Shown piece after piece: positions 37,926 to 47,771 of a DNA stretch of 64,000 bases; within the stretch, counting starts at the first letter, position 1, and each line of letters opens with the position of its first letter. This stretch comes from Bdellovibrionales bacterium. GTDB lineage: Bacteria > Bdellovibrionota > Bdellovibrionia > Bdellovibrionales > Bdellovibrionaceae. The stretch covers positions 49,774 to 113,773 of the forward strand of contig JANMPT010000043.1 of the NCBI GenBank assembly GCA_031370005.1, written 5' to 3'. Under the pieces are notes generated by a model. It was not told the origin of the DNA, made no database searches, and saw nothing but the letters and a program-made list of their open reading frames with translations. The translations under genes were made by a program, and so were the position numbers.

Positions 37926-39599
37926 TTATTTCTTAATATAATTAAAAAAGGCGACAATCCCTAAAACTAAGGCGATTATATACTGAACAAAACTCATGGT
38001 CGGCATGCCATTAATATGATTCTCGGTGGGTTGAATAAAAACAAAAGAGGCGCTCAGGATTAGGGCCGCAATGATCACGCCAAGAAATAACAAGTTAAAA
38101 GATATCTCAATTGATTTTTTTAAATCTTCGATCTGTGGGATATTGAGTTTAAAGGCATGGGCGGGGCTGTTAATTTTTCTTAATAGAAAGTTAGCCTGCC
38201 GGGGAAGTGCTTGAATAAAGTTCTTGGACTCACGCATGACCAAGGACATTTCATTCAACAGTTTATTGGGATCCATTTGATGCTTCACCAATTCACTTGC
38301 CATCTCGATAGTGTATTTTAAGAAATCAAAATCAGGAGTGATTCGGCGTCCAATGCCCTCAATGGAAACAATTGATTTAAAAAACAACATTAATTCAGTT
38401 GGTAAACTCAAATGGTGGCGAGCGGCAACTCCTGATGAAGACATAAGAAGCTTGCCAAGATTTACATTTTTAAGCGTGAGCCCGTAGTAAGGGGCGATCA
38501 GCTCACGTAGATCCTTGGCAAAAAGATCCACATTGATTTTGTCGGTGAACGGAGCAAGATCTACATACTCATAGGCCAAGCGATCATAATCTTCTTTAGA
38601 AAGAGCTAAAAGCATATTTGCCACTGCGGCTTGTGTTTTGTTATTTAAACGGCCAACGACACCAAAATCAATCAAGCCAATTTGATTATTCGGCAGAATG
38701 AAAAAGTTGCCTGCATGAAGATCTCCATGAAAAAGGCCGTCTGCGAAAATCATTTTCATATAAGCCCGGAGCCCTTTGCGAATCAAGGTCTGGGCGTCAA
38801 TTCCATCTTGTTTTAGCGCGCCCTCTTGGCTTAAAGGGATGCCATCAAGAGCCTCGAGGGTTAAAACACGCTCAGTGGTGAGCTCCAAATATACCTTTGG
38901 AATTTTAATATCAACTTCGGCCACAAAGTTTTCTGAAAAGCGGCGAATATTGTTCGCTTCAACTATAAAGTTAGTTTCTAATTCCAAAGTTTTGAAAAAT
39001 TCGTCGACGATCCCTGCGGGATTAAATGGGCGCGTCTCAGGAACATAGGCCATCAAAAGTTCTGATAGCATATACAAAACATTTAAATCATCATTGATGG
39101 TTTGAATAATCCCAGGGCGTTGAACTTTGATGACCACGACTTCGCCAGTAGCTAGGTGGGCTTTGTGCGCCTGAGCAATACTAGCTGCGCCAAGTGGAGT
39201 TGGATCAATGAAGGAGAACTTTTGATAAAGCGTCTCTCCGAATTCTTCTTTTAGGACGCCCTCAACCACCTCGAAGGGAAGGCTTTGAACACGGTCGTGA
39301 AGCTTTTCAAACTCAAACATGTAATCTTCAGGAATGAGATCGGGGCGAGAGGCAAGGACTTGGCCCAACTTTACAAATGTGGGTCCGAGTTCCTCAAAGC
39401 TCATGCGCAGGCGTTCTGGCGTGGTGAGCTTCTCAAGTTCTGGCGAGGCGCTCAGGCGCTCTACAATGAATTTACCGAGCTTTATTTTTTCGGCGAGTCC
39501 GTGAAACCCGTGCCTTGCGAAGACCCCCACTATGATGCGGAGTCTGGCTGCGTTTTTCAGGGTCTTTCCTATCTGACTGCCTGTTTTTAGAAGGGCCAC
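37926..39599 (-). CDS. ABC1/UbiB (AarF) family kinase
   Basis: ELGPTFVKLGQ, AASIAQAH, VIKVQRP, FHGDLHAGN, IDFG, two C-terminal TM helices. GTG start at 39599 after AGGAG. Confidence 0.92.
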   Translation of the reverse strand: MALLKTGSQIGKTLKNAARLRIIVGVFARHGFHGLAEKIKLGKFIVERLSASPELEKLTTPERLRMSFEELGPTFVKLGQVLASRPDLIPEDYMFEFEKLHDRVQSLPFEVVEGVLKEEFGETLYQKFSFIDPTPLGAASIAQAHKAHLATGEVVVIKVQRPGIIQTINDDLNVLYMLSELLMAYVPETRPFNPAGIVDEFFKTLELETNFIVEANNIRRFSENFVAEVDIKIPKVYLELTTERVLTLEALDGIPLSQEGALKQDGIDAQTLIRKGLRAYMKMIFADGLFHGDLHAGNFFILPNNQIGLIDFGVVGRLNNKTQAAVANMLLALSKEDYDRLAYEYVDLAPFTDKINVDLFAKDLRELIAPYYGLTLKNVNLGKLLMSSSGVAARHHLSLPTELMLFFKSIVSIEGIGRRITPDFDFLKYTIEMASELVKHQMDPNKLLNEMSLVMRESKNFIQALPRQANFLLRKINSPAHAFKLNIPQIEDLKKSIEISFNLLFLGVIIAALILSASFVFIQPTENHINGMPTMSFVQYIIALVLGIVAFFNYIKK

Positions 39600-41817
39600 C
39601 TTTAAGCTCCTGAGAAGGTTCGGAATCTTTTTTAGCGTCGACGTCCTCAACATTAAAACGCAGTTTTGACTGATCCGCAAACTGCAATTTTCGAGAGCGA
39701 GCGGAGGACGGCGCTACAAGGTTTTTTCCTTTAAAGAAGTATTCTTTACCACTTTTGGGTTTTTCTTGGCGTCGCGCCATTGGCTGGCTTGGTTGGCGCT
39801 CTTTATCCGCCCTGTTGAATAGGGGACGTAAGCTTGGGGCATTCTCTTTGAGAGCTCCCTTAGCCTCCGTCTTTTCGTGTTCGGCTGTCGCTGCAAGAAC
39901 AAAATTTACTTGACCCAGTTCTGGGTCCGCAGCGGCGACTTGGATACGAACGCTGTCGCCAATATTGTATGTCTTACCAGTACGTTGTCCCTGGAGGCTG
40001 AGCTTTTCTTCATCGAATTCAAATTTATCGTTGCCAAGATCGTCCGTGCGAACCAGGCCATCGCAGTCGTATTCGCGAAGCAGGACAAATATACCAAACT
40101 TTGCAACGGAGCTAATCATGCCATCAAGCTCCTGGCCGACAAATTTTTGCATAAAGCGAGCTTTTTTAATTGATTGAACTTGTCGCTCCGCCTTGGTGGA
40201 GCGTTGCTCGGCGGCAGAAAGAATAGTTCCAGCTGTGAGCAGATCTTCCGTGCTCATTAGTCGATATGAAGAGTTCGGCATTACTTGATTTTTTAACAAG
40301 CGATGGATAATAAGATCCGGGTAGCGACGAATTGGAGAGGTAAAATGAGAATAGAATTCAAAACCCAATCCAAAGTGCCCGAGATTATTCATACTGTATT
40401 TTGCTTGGCTCATGGAGCGTAAGGTAAGAATATTGAGAATGGGAGCTTGAGGTTTTCCCTCAAATTCCACCAAGGCCTGTGTCAGACGTTTTTGCAACTT
40501 ATCAGATCCAAGCTTGGTTTTACTGCCAAAATTCCAAAGATACTTTTCAAGAACACGAATGGCCTGCTCATTCGGCGGCTCATGAATGCGATAAAGCGCG
40601 GGAATATCGCGGCTGCTTAAGAAAGTCGCCACAGCGACATTGGCGGCCAACATCATTTCTTCAATCAAGCGATGAGCAAAAAGGCGTTCAGATTTAATAA
40701 TGTCTATGGGAACTCCGGATCCATCGATCTCGAGCTCTGTTTCAGGGATTTCAAGATCTAGTGAGCCTTCTTTAAAACGTTTTGTCATTAGGATCTTTGC
40801 GAGGTCAGCACAACGAATGATATTGTCTTTAACATGTTCAAACTTAGAGTCGCCAGCTCCGTCGATGACATCTTGGGCCTGGCCATAGGTTACGCGAGCT
40901 TTGCTTTCCATCACGCCTTCATAGAACTCCGATGAAAGCATATCGCCAGCGAAATTAAATTGAATTTCAGCCACCAAACAAAGTCTTGGGACATGAGGGT
41001 TGAGAGAGCAAAGGCCATTACTAAGAGCTTCTGGCAACATTGGGACTACAAAATTAGGAAAGTAGACAGAGGTTCCGCGCTCGTATGCATCTTTATCTAT
41101 TGAGGTGCCGATGCGAACGTAATGGCTAACGTCGGCAATAGCGACATAAAGCAAAAAGCCCTTAGCGTTTTTCGCGACATAGACGGCGTCATCAAAGTCC
41201 TTGGCCGTGGCGCCATCTATGGTGATAAGTCCGAGTGATCGGAGATCTTTGCGATTTTTAAAGTCAGACTCCGCAGGCTGAGCAGGAAATTTTTTTGCCT
41301 CTGCCAATGTGGAGGACGAGAACTCTTGAGGAATATTATTTACGGCTATGACGCGTTTAATATCATTCATGGGATCCAGGGCATCGCCGATGATCTCAAC
41401 GACTCTTCCCGAAAATTTTTTACCATCTTCAGGGTAAGTTAGGATTTGTGCGGTGACGAGCTGGCCCTCTTTGGCGCCCATTGATTCAGAAAGATCAACT
41501 TTTAAATCTTCGCCCCAACCTTTGCCCTCGTCTTTAATGATAGCTTGGCGGTCGTTAAGCATATGGAAAATGCCAACAACCTGTTTGAATCCGCGGCTAA
41601 CAATACGAACAATTTGGCCGCGAAATCTTTCTCCACCGCGCTCCGGAGTGGCCTCAACCATGACCTTATCACTGGTCATCACGCCCTGCATGGATTGTCG
41701 AGGAATATAAACATCAGGGTGTTCAGGTTTATCGGGAATGAAAAACCCGAATCCATCGGGGTGTCTTTTGATCGTGCCTTGGAGAAAGTTCTTTTTAAAC
41801 ATATATGTCTTAATCAT
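39472..41817 (-). CDS. rnr: Ribonuclease R
   Basis: HPDGFGF, TIDGATAKDFDDA, HFTSPIRRYPD, S1 domain, long basic tail. Confidence 0.95.
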   Translation of the reverse strand: MIKTYMFKKNFLQGTIKRHPDGFGFFIPDKPEHPDVYIPRQSMQGVMTSDKVMVEATPERGGERFRGQIVRIVSRGFKQVVGIFHMLNDRQAIIKDEGKGWGEDLKVDLSESMGAKEGQLVTAQILTYPEDGKKFSGRVVEIIGDALDPMNDIKRVIAVNNIPQEFSSSTLAEAKKFPAQPAESDFKNRKDLRSLGLITIDGATAKDFDDAVYVAKNAKGFLLYVAIADVSHYVRIGTSIDKDAYERGTSVYFPNFVVPMLPEALSNGLCSLNPHVPRLCLVAEIQFNFAGDMLSSEFYEGVMESKARVTYGQAQDVIDGAGDSKFEHVKDNIIRCADLAKILMTKRFKEGSLDLEIPETELEIDGSGVPIDIIKSERLFAHRLIEEMMLAANVAVATFLSSRDIPALYRIHEPPNEQAIRVLEKYLWNFGSKTKLGSDKLQKRLTQALVEFEGKPQAPILNILTLRSMSQAKYSMNNLGHFGLGFEFYSHFTSPIRRYPDLIIHRLLKNQVMPNSSYRLMSTEDLLTAGTILSAAEQRSTKAERQVQSIKKARFMQKFVGQELDGMISSVAKFGIFVLLREYDCDGLVRTDDLGNDKFEFDEEKLSLQGQRTGKTYNIGDSVRIQVAAADPELGQVNFVLAATAEHEKTEAKGALKENAPSLRPLFNRADKERQPSQPMARRQEKPKSGKEYFFKGKNLVAPSSARSRKLQFADQSKLRFNVEDVDAKKDSEPSQELKGGPSKNRQSDRKDPEKRSQTPHHSGGLRKARVSRTRRKNKAR

Positions 41818-42384
41818 GGGGATCAGAAAAGCATCTGTCACCAAGGGATCTTCTTGTCAAAAGGCACCAGACTTTTGGCTAGGATTTTAAAAAGAGAACG
41901 CACTGAGAGCAATTTTGCCTGAAAACCTTGAAAAACTCGACCTTGATCTAGAATTATTGTCATAAAAAATGATGACATGCATCAATGCCAAAAAATCAGA
42001 ATCCGCGCAACTTATTCCGATGAATGCAAAAAACCAGACGTAAAAACTTTTAAGAGTTTTTTTATAAAAAATAATTTCCATAAGAAGCGCTCTGCAGAAG
42101 CCTTTGCTGAATATTCGCAGTATCCAGATATCATGCTCTTGCCCTCAAATTATGCGGGAAATAGTTTAAAAATTAAGATTGCAAAAGAAGGAAAGCAGCT
42201 CGGAGTGAGTGTTTTTCGCCACACTTAAGTGCTTGCGGATAGGGCAGTTTTTGAGTTTTAAATATGCCTGGACAACTTTTGTATTGATCTCGGTTTATTT
42301 GATTATTACGCTTTTTATATAACGAACATGATTTAAATAATTTATAGATACTATAAGTTTATAATTGTAACGAAAGGAATCGAC

Positions 42385-43443
42385 ATGAAAAAGCTACTTG
42401 TAATAACAGCGCTTACTCTTGCTTCTGCTTCTGCTTTTGCAACGAAGGCGAGATTAAGTTCATTGAGCGTCAGCAGGCACTTGACGGATGTACAGACAAT
42501 TTTCATCAACCCCGCAGATCTTAGTTTGTTGGGCAGCTGGGCAACTTTTGAGGCCGGCACAACTAACACTTCTACTACAAACCCAGCACCACAGGCAGAG
42601 GCTGGATTTGCCCGTGCTATGGGTGACACTCGCTGGGGCTTCTATCTTGGTCACACGGATACTGCGACTGCACTAAGAACACAATCGGCAGTTGCTTATC
42701 TTAATGAAGAGAACCCAATCAATCTTTTTTACTCTGCAAAAATGGCAGACACTACTTGGGGTCTTGGTTTGAACTACTCTAACTCCGATCAAAAAACTGC
42801 AGGCAAACAATCCACTATGGGTTTGACTGGCGGTATGAGAATGGGGCCTTGGGAAGCAAGCTTAGGCTTAGGCATTACTGACACGGCTGAAGTAGGCGTT
42901 AACAAATGGACAGGCAAAATGGCTGCTACTCTTGATGGCGGTTATACTATGGATGCTTGGTACTTCTACGGTCGATATGCAATGTCTGGTGGTAAATCAG
43001 AGGCAAGCAGTGTAGCCACTCATGATATTAATAATTCCACAGTTAAAGTTGGAATGACGAACTCTACTAAAGTAGATGGCGGCGAATTCTTCTGGGGTGC
43101 TGCTTACCAAATGGTAAATGTTGAAGATAAGACTCCAAACAACAAAACTGAGACTTCTAACCTACCTGTGGTTATTGGTATCGAGGCAGATGCGGCTTCT
43201 TGGTTAGTTCTTCGTGGTTCAGTTACTCAAACAGTATTACTGAACTCAAAGAAAACTACTACTGCAGGAACCGCAGGAGACACTGCTACTGCGGCTAATG
43301 ATACAACTGTCGCTGCTGGCGCAGGTATTAAGTTCAATAAGTTCATGCTAGATGGTACTTTGTCGGCAACAAATGCAGCGACAGCAGGTCAAATTAACGG
43401 CAATAGCTTATTGGCTAATGCAGGTTTGACTTACAGCTTCTAA
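42385..43443 (+). CDS. Major outer-membrane-protein-like beta-barrel (Bdellovibrio type), paralog 1
   Basis: Signal peptide then ATKARL, amphipathic beta strands, GIEADAASWL, terminal LTYSF. Confidence 0.75.
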   Translation: MKKLLVITALTLASASAFATKARLSSLSVSRHLTDVQTIFINPADLSLLGSWATFEAGTTNTSTTNPAPQAEAGFARAMGDTRWGFYLGHTDTATALRTQSAVAYLNEENPINLFYSAKMADTTWGLGLNYSNSDQKTAGKQSTMGLTGGMRMGPWEASLGLGITDTAEVGVNKWTGKMAATLDGGYTMDAWYFYGRYAMSGGKSEASSVATHDINNSTVKVGMTNSTKVDGGEFFWGAAYQMVNVEDKTPNNKTETSNLPVVIGIEADAASWLVLRGSVTQTVLLNSKKTTTAGTAGDTATAANDTTVAAGAGIKFNKFMLDGTLSATNAATAGQINGNSLLANAGLTYSF

Positions 43444-43464
43444 TACGAAGTTGTAAACGTTCAG

Positions 43465-43482
43465 GGCCCACCAGGGTGGGCC
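43465..43482 (+). other. Intercistronic GC-rich hairpin without U tract
   Basis: GGCCCACC-AG-GGTGGGCC. Confidence 0.6.
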
Positions 43483-43518
43483 AAAACTCTAGATAACTTG
43501 TTTGAAAGGATATGATAA

Positions 43519-44715
43519 ATGTTTAAATCAATTTTTACTGTAGCAGCGATTTTGATAATGGCAGCTCCTGTGATGGCTTCGAAGGCTCGAATGGCTTCGT
43601 TGCAGAACGCCCCTCATCTAAATGATACGCAATCAATTTTTGACAACCCATCAAGAGCGTACCTTCTTGGTGATTTTGCGGTTCTAGAAATGGGCGCGAC
43701 CTCAACTGCTCGAGTCGGTGTTAATACCCCAGAGAATCTTACAACGAATGGCGCCTCTACTGGCGCAACGACTTTTTATGGTGCAAATGCTGAGGGCGGT
43801 TTTTTAAAGTCTTATGGCGATAACAAAGTCGGCTTCTATCTTGGTAGAAAATCAGCGTTTACTTCACGTGTAAGAACCCTACTTGGCTTCACGGGGCAGG
43901 ATAATCCATTTGAGATCATATATGGCTTTCAGGCTATGGATCTTAAGTGGGGAGCAGCTTTTAATTACTCTAAAGCAGAGCCAAAAGTTGTAGGAGGAGC
44001 TCAAAGTGAAGAGACAATGGGTCTTCGCCTTGGTGTTAATGCACCAGCATGGGAAGCAGCTTTGATTCTTGGATTAGGCAGCAAAGCAACCGGTAATGCT
44101 GCATCTGCATTTGGTTTGACAGCGGTCGATGCTGATTCTGATTACACTGGAACAACTGGCATGAAGTTAAGTGGTGGCTACTGGTTTGATAAGACCTACG
44201 TATTTGCTAGCTATTATCAAGACGGCGTTGAGTTGACGAAAATGACTGGCGCAGGCTCCTTCGCAGGAGTGACTGGTGCAAAAATTGAGCAATCACAATA
44301 CGAAGTTGGCGTTGTTGATACTGTTAAGTCTGACGGGATAAACTTCTTCTATGGAGTTTCATATGTCGGCTTTAAGTCGGATGATAAAAATGACAATGCT
44401 GCCGTAGACGCTGTGTTCAATGTCGATCAAACGCAGTTACCATTTGTAATTGGTGTTGAAGCTGATGCGGCATCTTGGCTGACACTTCGCGCTTCTGCGA
44501 AACAGAACGTGATTCTTGGCACTTCAAAAGTAAACACTGGCGACACTAAAACAAACACAAATAACACAACTGTTGCTTTGGGTGCAGGTTTGAAATTTAA
44601 TAAGTTCACTCTTGATAGCACTTTAGTGGCAGGTTCAGTTCCTTCCGTTCAAGGTAACGGAAATATTAATGCAAATAATTTGATGGCGAATGCTTCTCTG
44701 ACTTATTTGTTCTAA
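43519..44715 (+). CDS. Major outer-membrane-protein-like beta-barrel, paralog 2
   Basis: ASKARM, GVEADAASWL, KFNKF.LD, terminal LTYLF; clearly paralogous to the upstream gene. Confidence 0.75.
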   Translation: MFKSIFTVAAILIMAAPVMASKARMASLQNAPHLNDTQSIFDNPSRAYLLGDFAVLEMGATSTARVGVNTPENLTTNGASTGATTFYGANAEGGFLKSYGDNKVGFYLGRKSAFTSRVRTLLGFTGQDNPFEIIYGFQAMDLKWGAAFNYSKAEPKVVGGAQSEETMGLRLGVNAPAWEAALILGLGSKATGNAASAFGLTAVDADSDYTGTTGMKLSGGYWFDKTYVFASYYQDGVELTKMTGAGSFAGVTGAKIEQSQYEVGVVDTVKSDGINFFYGVSYVGFKSDDKNDNAAVDAVFNVDQTQLPFVIGVEADAASWLTLRASAKQNVILGTSKVNTGDTKTNTNNTTVALGAGLKFNKFTLDSTLVAGSVPSVQGNGNINANNLMANASLTYLF

Positions 44716-44739
44716 TTTGAACTTTACTAAATGAAAAAA

Positions 44740-44776
44740 CAAAAGGCTCTGTGGAAACACAGAGCCTTTTGTTTTA
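44740..44776. terminator. Bidirectional intrinsic terminator
   Basis: CAAAAGGCTCTGTG-GAAA-CACAGAGCCTTTTG with A and T runs on both sides, between convergent genes. Confidence 0.92.
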
Positions 44777-44785
44777 TTACGAGAA

Positions 44786-45862
44786 TTAGTTTTTAGTATC
44801 TGGTTTTGGCTCCGCTTTGGGTAGGTAATCCGGGGCTATAAAGTCTACTGTTAATGGATACTTGTAGATCTTGCTCGAGACCAACTTGGGATATCCGGCT
44901 TCGATATAAGCTTCATCCCAAAGTTTAGCGAGCAGTAAGCTTGAGCGGGCCAATTCGGTAACAATGATCTTGTTGAATTTCTCATAGCCAACTTTAGAGC
45001 TTTCCCGCTCAGCGGACTTTTTAATTTCCATACCTTTTGCATGTACAAGGCTCGAGGTCTTTTTAATTGGATCAGCTTTAAAGATCAGCTTGAGTTCATC
45101 CATAGACGACTCGCTTAAGGCCTTCATTTTTTCAATGACAGTTTTTGGCTTCAAGAACTTTGGATTCTTCATTCCCCGCGCTTCTTTTAAAACACGAGCT
45201 TGGAGATCCCCATCGAACTCGCTAACAACTTGGTCCTCATAATAGGCATGAAGGCCACCGTGTCCTGTGGCGTAGCCATCGTAGTCTGCCGTATTATGAA
45301 GTGGTTGAGAAGCATCACCAACAAAGTGACCCATCAGACCAAGACTGACCACCATTTCATAGGCAGCTTTGTTGTAGGGCAGATTGTCGTCAGTTTCTTC
45401 TTTGGAGTTTTTGGGAGCCATTGCTGCTGCCAAGTCTTTGCCGTAAGTCAGGAAGCGACGATAGAACTGATCTGCTCTCCACCAAAGCGAGCCAAATTCG
45501 GTAGGCACATTATAGATTGTTGCTCCCACTTTAAATTTGTTTGGTGTGCCGGTATAAGTTTCTACAACTTGTTTAAAGTCTAAGGGAACCTCTGACACCT
45601 TTAGACCTGTGATTTCAACATCAATAAAGTGAGTTGGATTCCCAAGTTTCGTCGCCTCAGGTCCCAAAGAGCGCCAATAGAAATCAGGCATATTGCAAAG
45701 ATGACTCATCATTTGTGGTTTGTTTTTTAAATATTCTTTTAATCCTGGTTCTTTCACCAGGTAGACAGCTGTTTCACAAATCGCAGCATGTCCACGGCCA
45801 CCCCATGCTTGCGCATAAGACGTTAAAACCATAGTGGTTAATAGAGCTAAAATAGTTTTCAT
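44786..45862 (-). CDS. Secreted S1/P1 nuclease (Zn-dependent PLC/P1 fold)
   Basis: Signal peptide then WGGRGH; HFID; HFVGDASQPLH; LHAYYE. Confidence 0.85.
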   Translation of the reverse strand: MKTILALLTTMVLTSYAQAWGGRGHAAICETAVYLVKEPGLKEYLKNKPQMMSHLCNMPDFYWRSLGPEATKLGNPTHFIDVEITGLKVSEVPLDFKQVVETYTGTPNKFKVGATIYNVPTEFGSLWWRADQFYRRFLTYGKDLAAAMAPKNSKEETDDNLPYNKAAYEMVVSLGLMGHFVGDASQPLHNTADYDGYATGHGGLHAYYEDQVVSEFDGDLQARVLKEARGMKNPKFLKPKTVIEKMKALSESSMDELKLIFKADPIKKTSSLVHAKGMEIKKSAERESSKVGYEKFNKIIVTELARSSLLLAKLWDEAYIEAGYPKLVSSKIYKYPLTVDFIAPDYLPKAEPKPDTKN

Positions 45863-46740
45863 TCTAACACCTTTCCTAAATATTTAGGGGCTTCACTTTT
45901 TCCGAAAAAACCAGCAAGAGCAATGATTGTGACAACGTAAGGTAAAATTTGAATAAACTGAACGGGCACTTCAACGCCACCGATACTGACACCCTGAAGA
46001 CGAATTTGCAAGGCATCGGTAATTCCAAAAAACAAACAGGCCGCTAGCGTAGGCAGTGGCTTCCAACGCCCAAAGATTAAAGCTGCCAAGGCCATATAAC
46101 CGCGACCACCAGTCATCAATGGAGAATATGAGGAGGCCAAGAAGGTCGAAAGGCTTGCGCCTCCCATAGACGCAAAGGCACCACTGGCAATAATACTGAG
46201 CCAACGGACTTTGCGAACACTCACACCCGCAGAGGCAAGCGCCTGAGGGTGCTCTCCTGCAAATTGCAACCAAAGCCCAGAGTGAGTTTGATAAAGCCAA
46301 TAGGTCAATACGCCAACAAGGAAAAAGGCCATAGCAACGGGTTCAAAACTAAAGCGTTCACTCAAAGGCAGGCTTGGGGTTGAACCAGTGGAGTTAAAAA
46401 TAATTTTAGTCAAAAAAGGCATTGCTCCCACAGTTAAAATATTAAAAGCCGTTCCTGTGATTATTTGATCGGCCTTCAGCTCGATTACAAAAAACGCGTA
46501 TAATATGCCCATTAGGCAACCGGCTACAATTGCTGTGGCCCAGCCTACCCACCCCGAGTGAGTATAGTAAGCGGCGACTGCTGCAGCAAAGGCTCCAGTT
46601 AACATAAAGCCCTCCAGCGCGATGTTAACGACTCCGGAGCGTTCGCTCATGAGTCCTCCCATGGCTGCGAAAATCATTGGCGTGGCCATGCGAATGCCTG
46701 CAAAGGACAGGGAGATAGTGAAAAGAAGATACTCACTCAT
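45859..46740 (-). CDS. Nucleoside ABC transporter permease
   Basis: SERSGVVNIALEG, GEHPQAL, GRGYMALAALIFGRW. Confidence 0.92.
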   Translation of the reverse strand: MSEYLLFTISLSFAGIRMATPMIFAAMGGLMSERSGVVNIALEGFMLTGAFAAAVAAYYTHSGWVGWATAIVAGCLMGILYAFFVIELKADQIITGTAFNILTVGAMPFLTKIIFNSTGSTPSLPLSERFSFEPVAMAFFLVGVLTYWLYQTHSGLWLQFAGEHPQALASAGVSVRKVRWLSIIASGAFASMGGASLSTFLASSYSPLMTGGRGYMALAALIFGRWKPLPTLAACLFFGITDALQIRLQGVSIGGVEVPVQFIQILPYVVTIIALAGFFGKSEAPKYLGKVLE

Positions 46741-47771
46741 TTTTGCACACTTTGGCGTTTTTGCTGCCAATTCCAGAGACCATGGGATACGACGCCTAAA
46801 ATAATCAAGCTCTGAATTATTTTAGAGAAATCACGAGTAATTGTGGTGGTCTCGAGATCTAAGTCTGAGGCCCCCTTGTGAAGCGCTGCCATCAAGAAGG
46901 CAGTGAAAATCACGCCAATAGGATTGTTTTGCGCTAGCAAAGCTACGGCTATGCCGATAAAGCCATAGTCAGCAGAGAAACCAATTTTGAACTGTCCACT
47001 GCTTCCCATCACTTCACCCAAGGCGACAAAGCCTGCAAGGGCTCCGGCAAGGCACATGGCCAAGACTCTTATTTTTTTTTCTGAAATTCCCGCACGATTT
47101 GCAGCTTTCGAATTATATCCTACAGCTCGAAGCTCATAACCAAAGCTAGTTTTCCATAAAAGAATCCACACGCCGATTGCTACAAGAATCGCAATCACAA
47201 GAGCGGCACTCACCGGAGTATCAGGGAAGAACTTTGCAACAAAATCATGGTCTTTCAATAGATAACCGGCACCCACCAGCGCAGTCTCTGGATTTTGCGA
47301 GCTAGGATTTGGAATCACTTGCAAAGTAAACCAGCTGGAAAGCCCGGCTGCGATAAAATTCAACATGATTGTTACGATCACCTCATGGCTACCGCGGAAG
47401 GCTTTTAGCCACCCGGCAATAAAACCCCAAAAGGCTCCCGCGAAAAGAGCACCAGTAAGTGCGATCAAGGGAGCCAGCGGGAATGGTATGTTTGGAAGTA
47501 ATACGCCAATAGCAGTTGCCGTCAGAGTGGCCATAGTTAACTGCCCTTCTGCGCCTATATTGAAAAGCCCTGCGTGAAAGGCCAAGGCTACAGAGAGACC
47601 GCAAAAAATCAAAGGGGTCGTGTAAAATAAAGTTAGACCTAAATCATAAATGGACCCAAAGGCGCTTCTAAAAAGAATGCCACCGATGTGAAATGGATTT
47701 TCGCCCGCCAGCAAAGTCAAAGAAAGAGCAATGGCGAGACCTAAGAAAAACCCGGCCAAGGTTTTCTTCAT
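46737..47771 (-). CDS. Nucleoside ABC transporter permease
   Basis: GLFNIGAEGQ, EVIVTIMLN, GFIGIAVALL. Confidence 0.92.
   Translation of the reverse strand: MKKTLAGFFLGLAIALSLTLLAGENPFHIGGILFRSAFGSIYDLGLTLFYTTPLIFCGLSVALAFHAGLFNIGAEGQLTMATLTATAIGVLLPNIPFPLAPLIALTGALFAGAFWGFIAGWLKAFRGSHEVIVTIMLNFIAAGLSSWFTLQVIPNPSSQNPETALVGAGYLLKDHDFVAKFFPDTPVSAALVIAILVAIGVWILLWKTSFGYELRAVGYNSKAANRAGISEKKIRVLAMCLAGALAGFVALGEVMGSSGQFKIGFSADYGFIGIAVALLAQNNPIGVIFTAFLMAALHKGASDLDLETTTITRDFSKIIQSLIILGVVSHGLWNWQQKRQSVQK

Noticed and set aside
41977..42228. 83-aa ORF upstream of the OMP genes
   Set aside because: No clear RBS or motif; AT-rich promoter-like composition.
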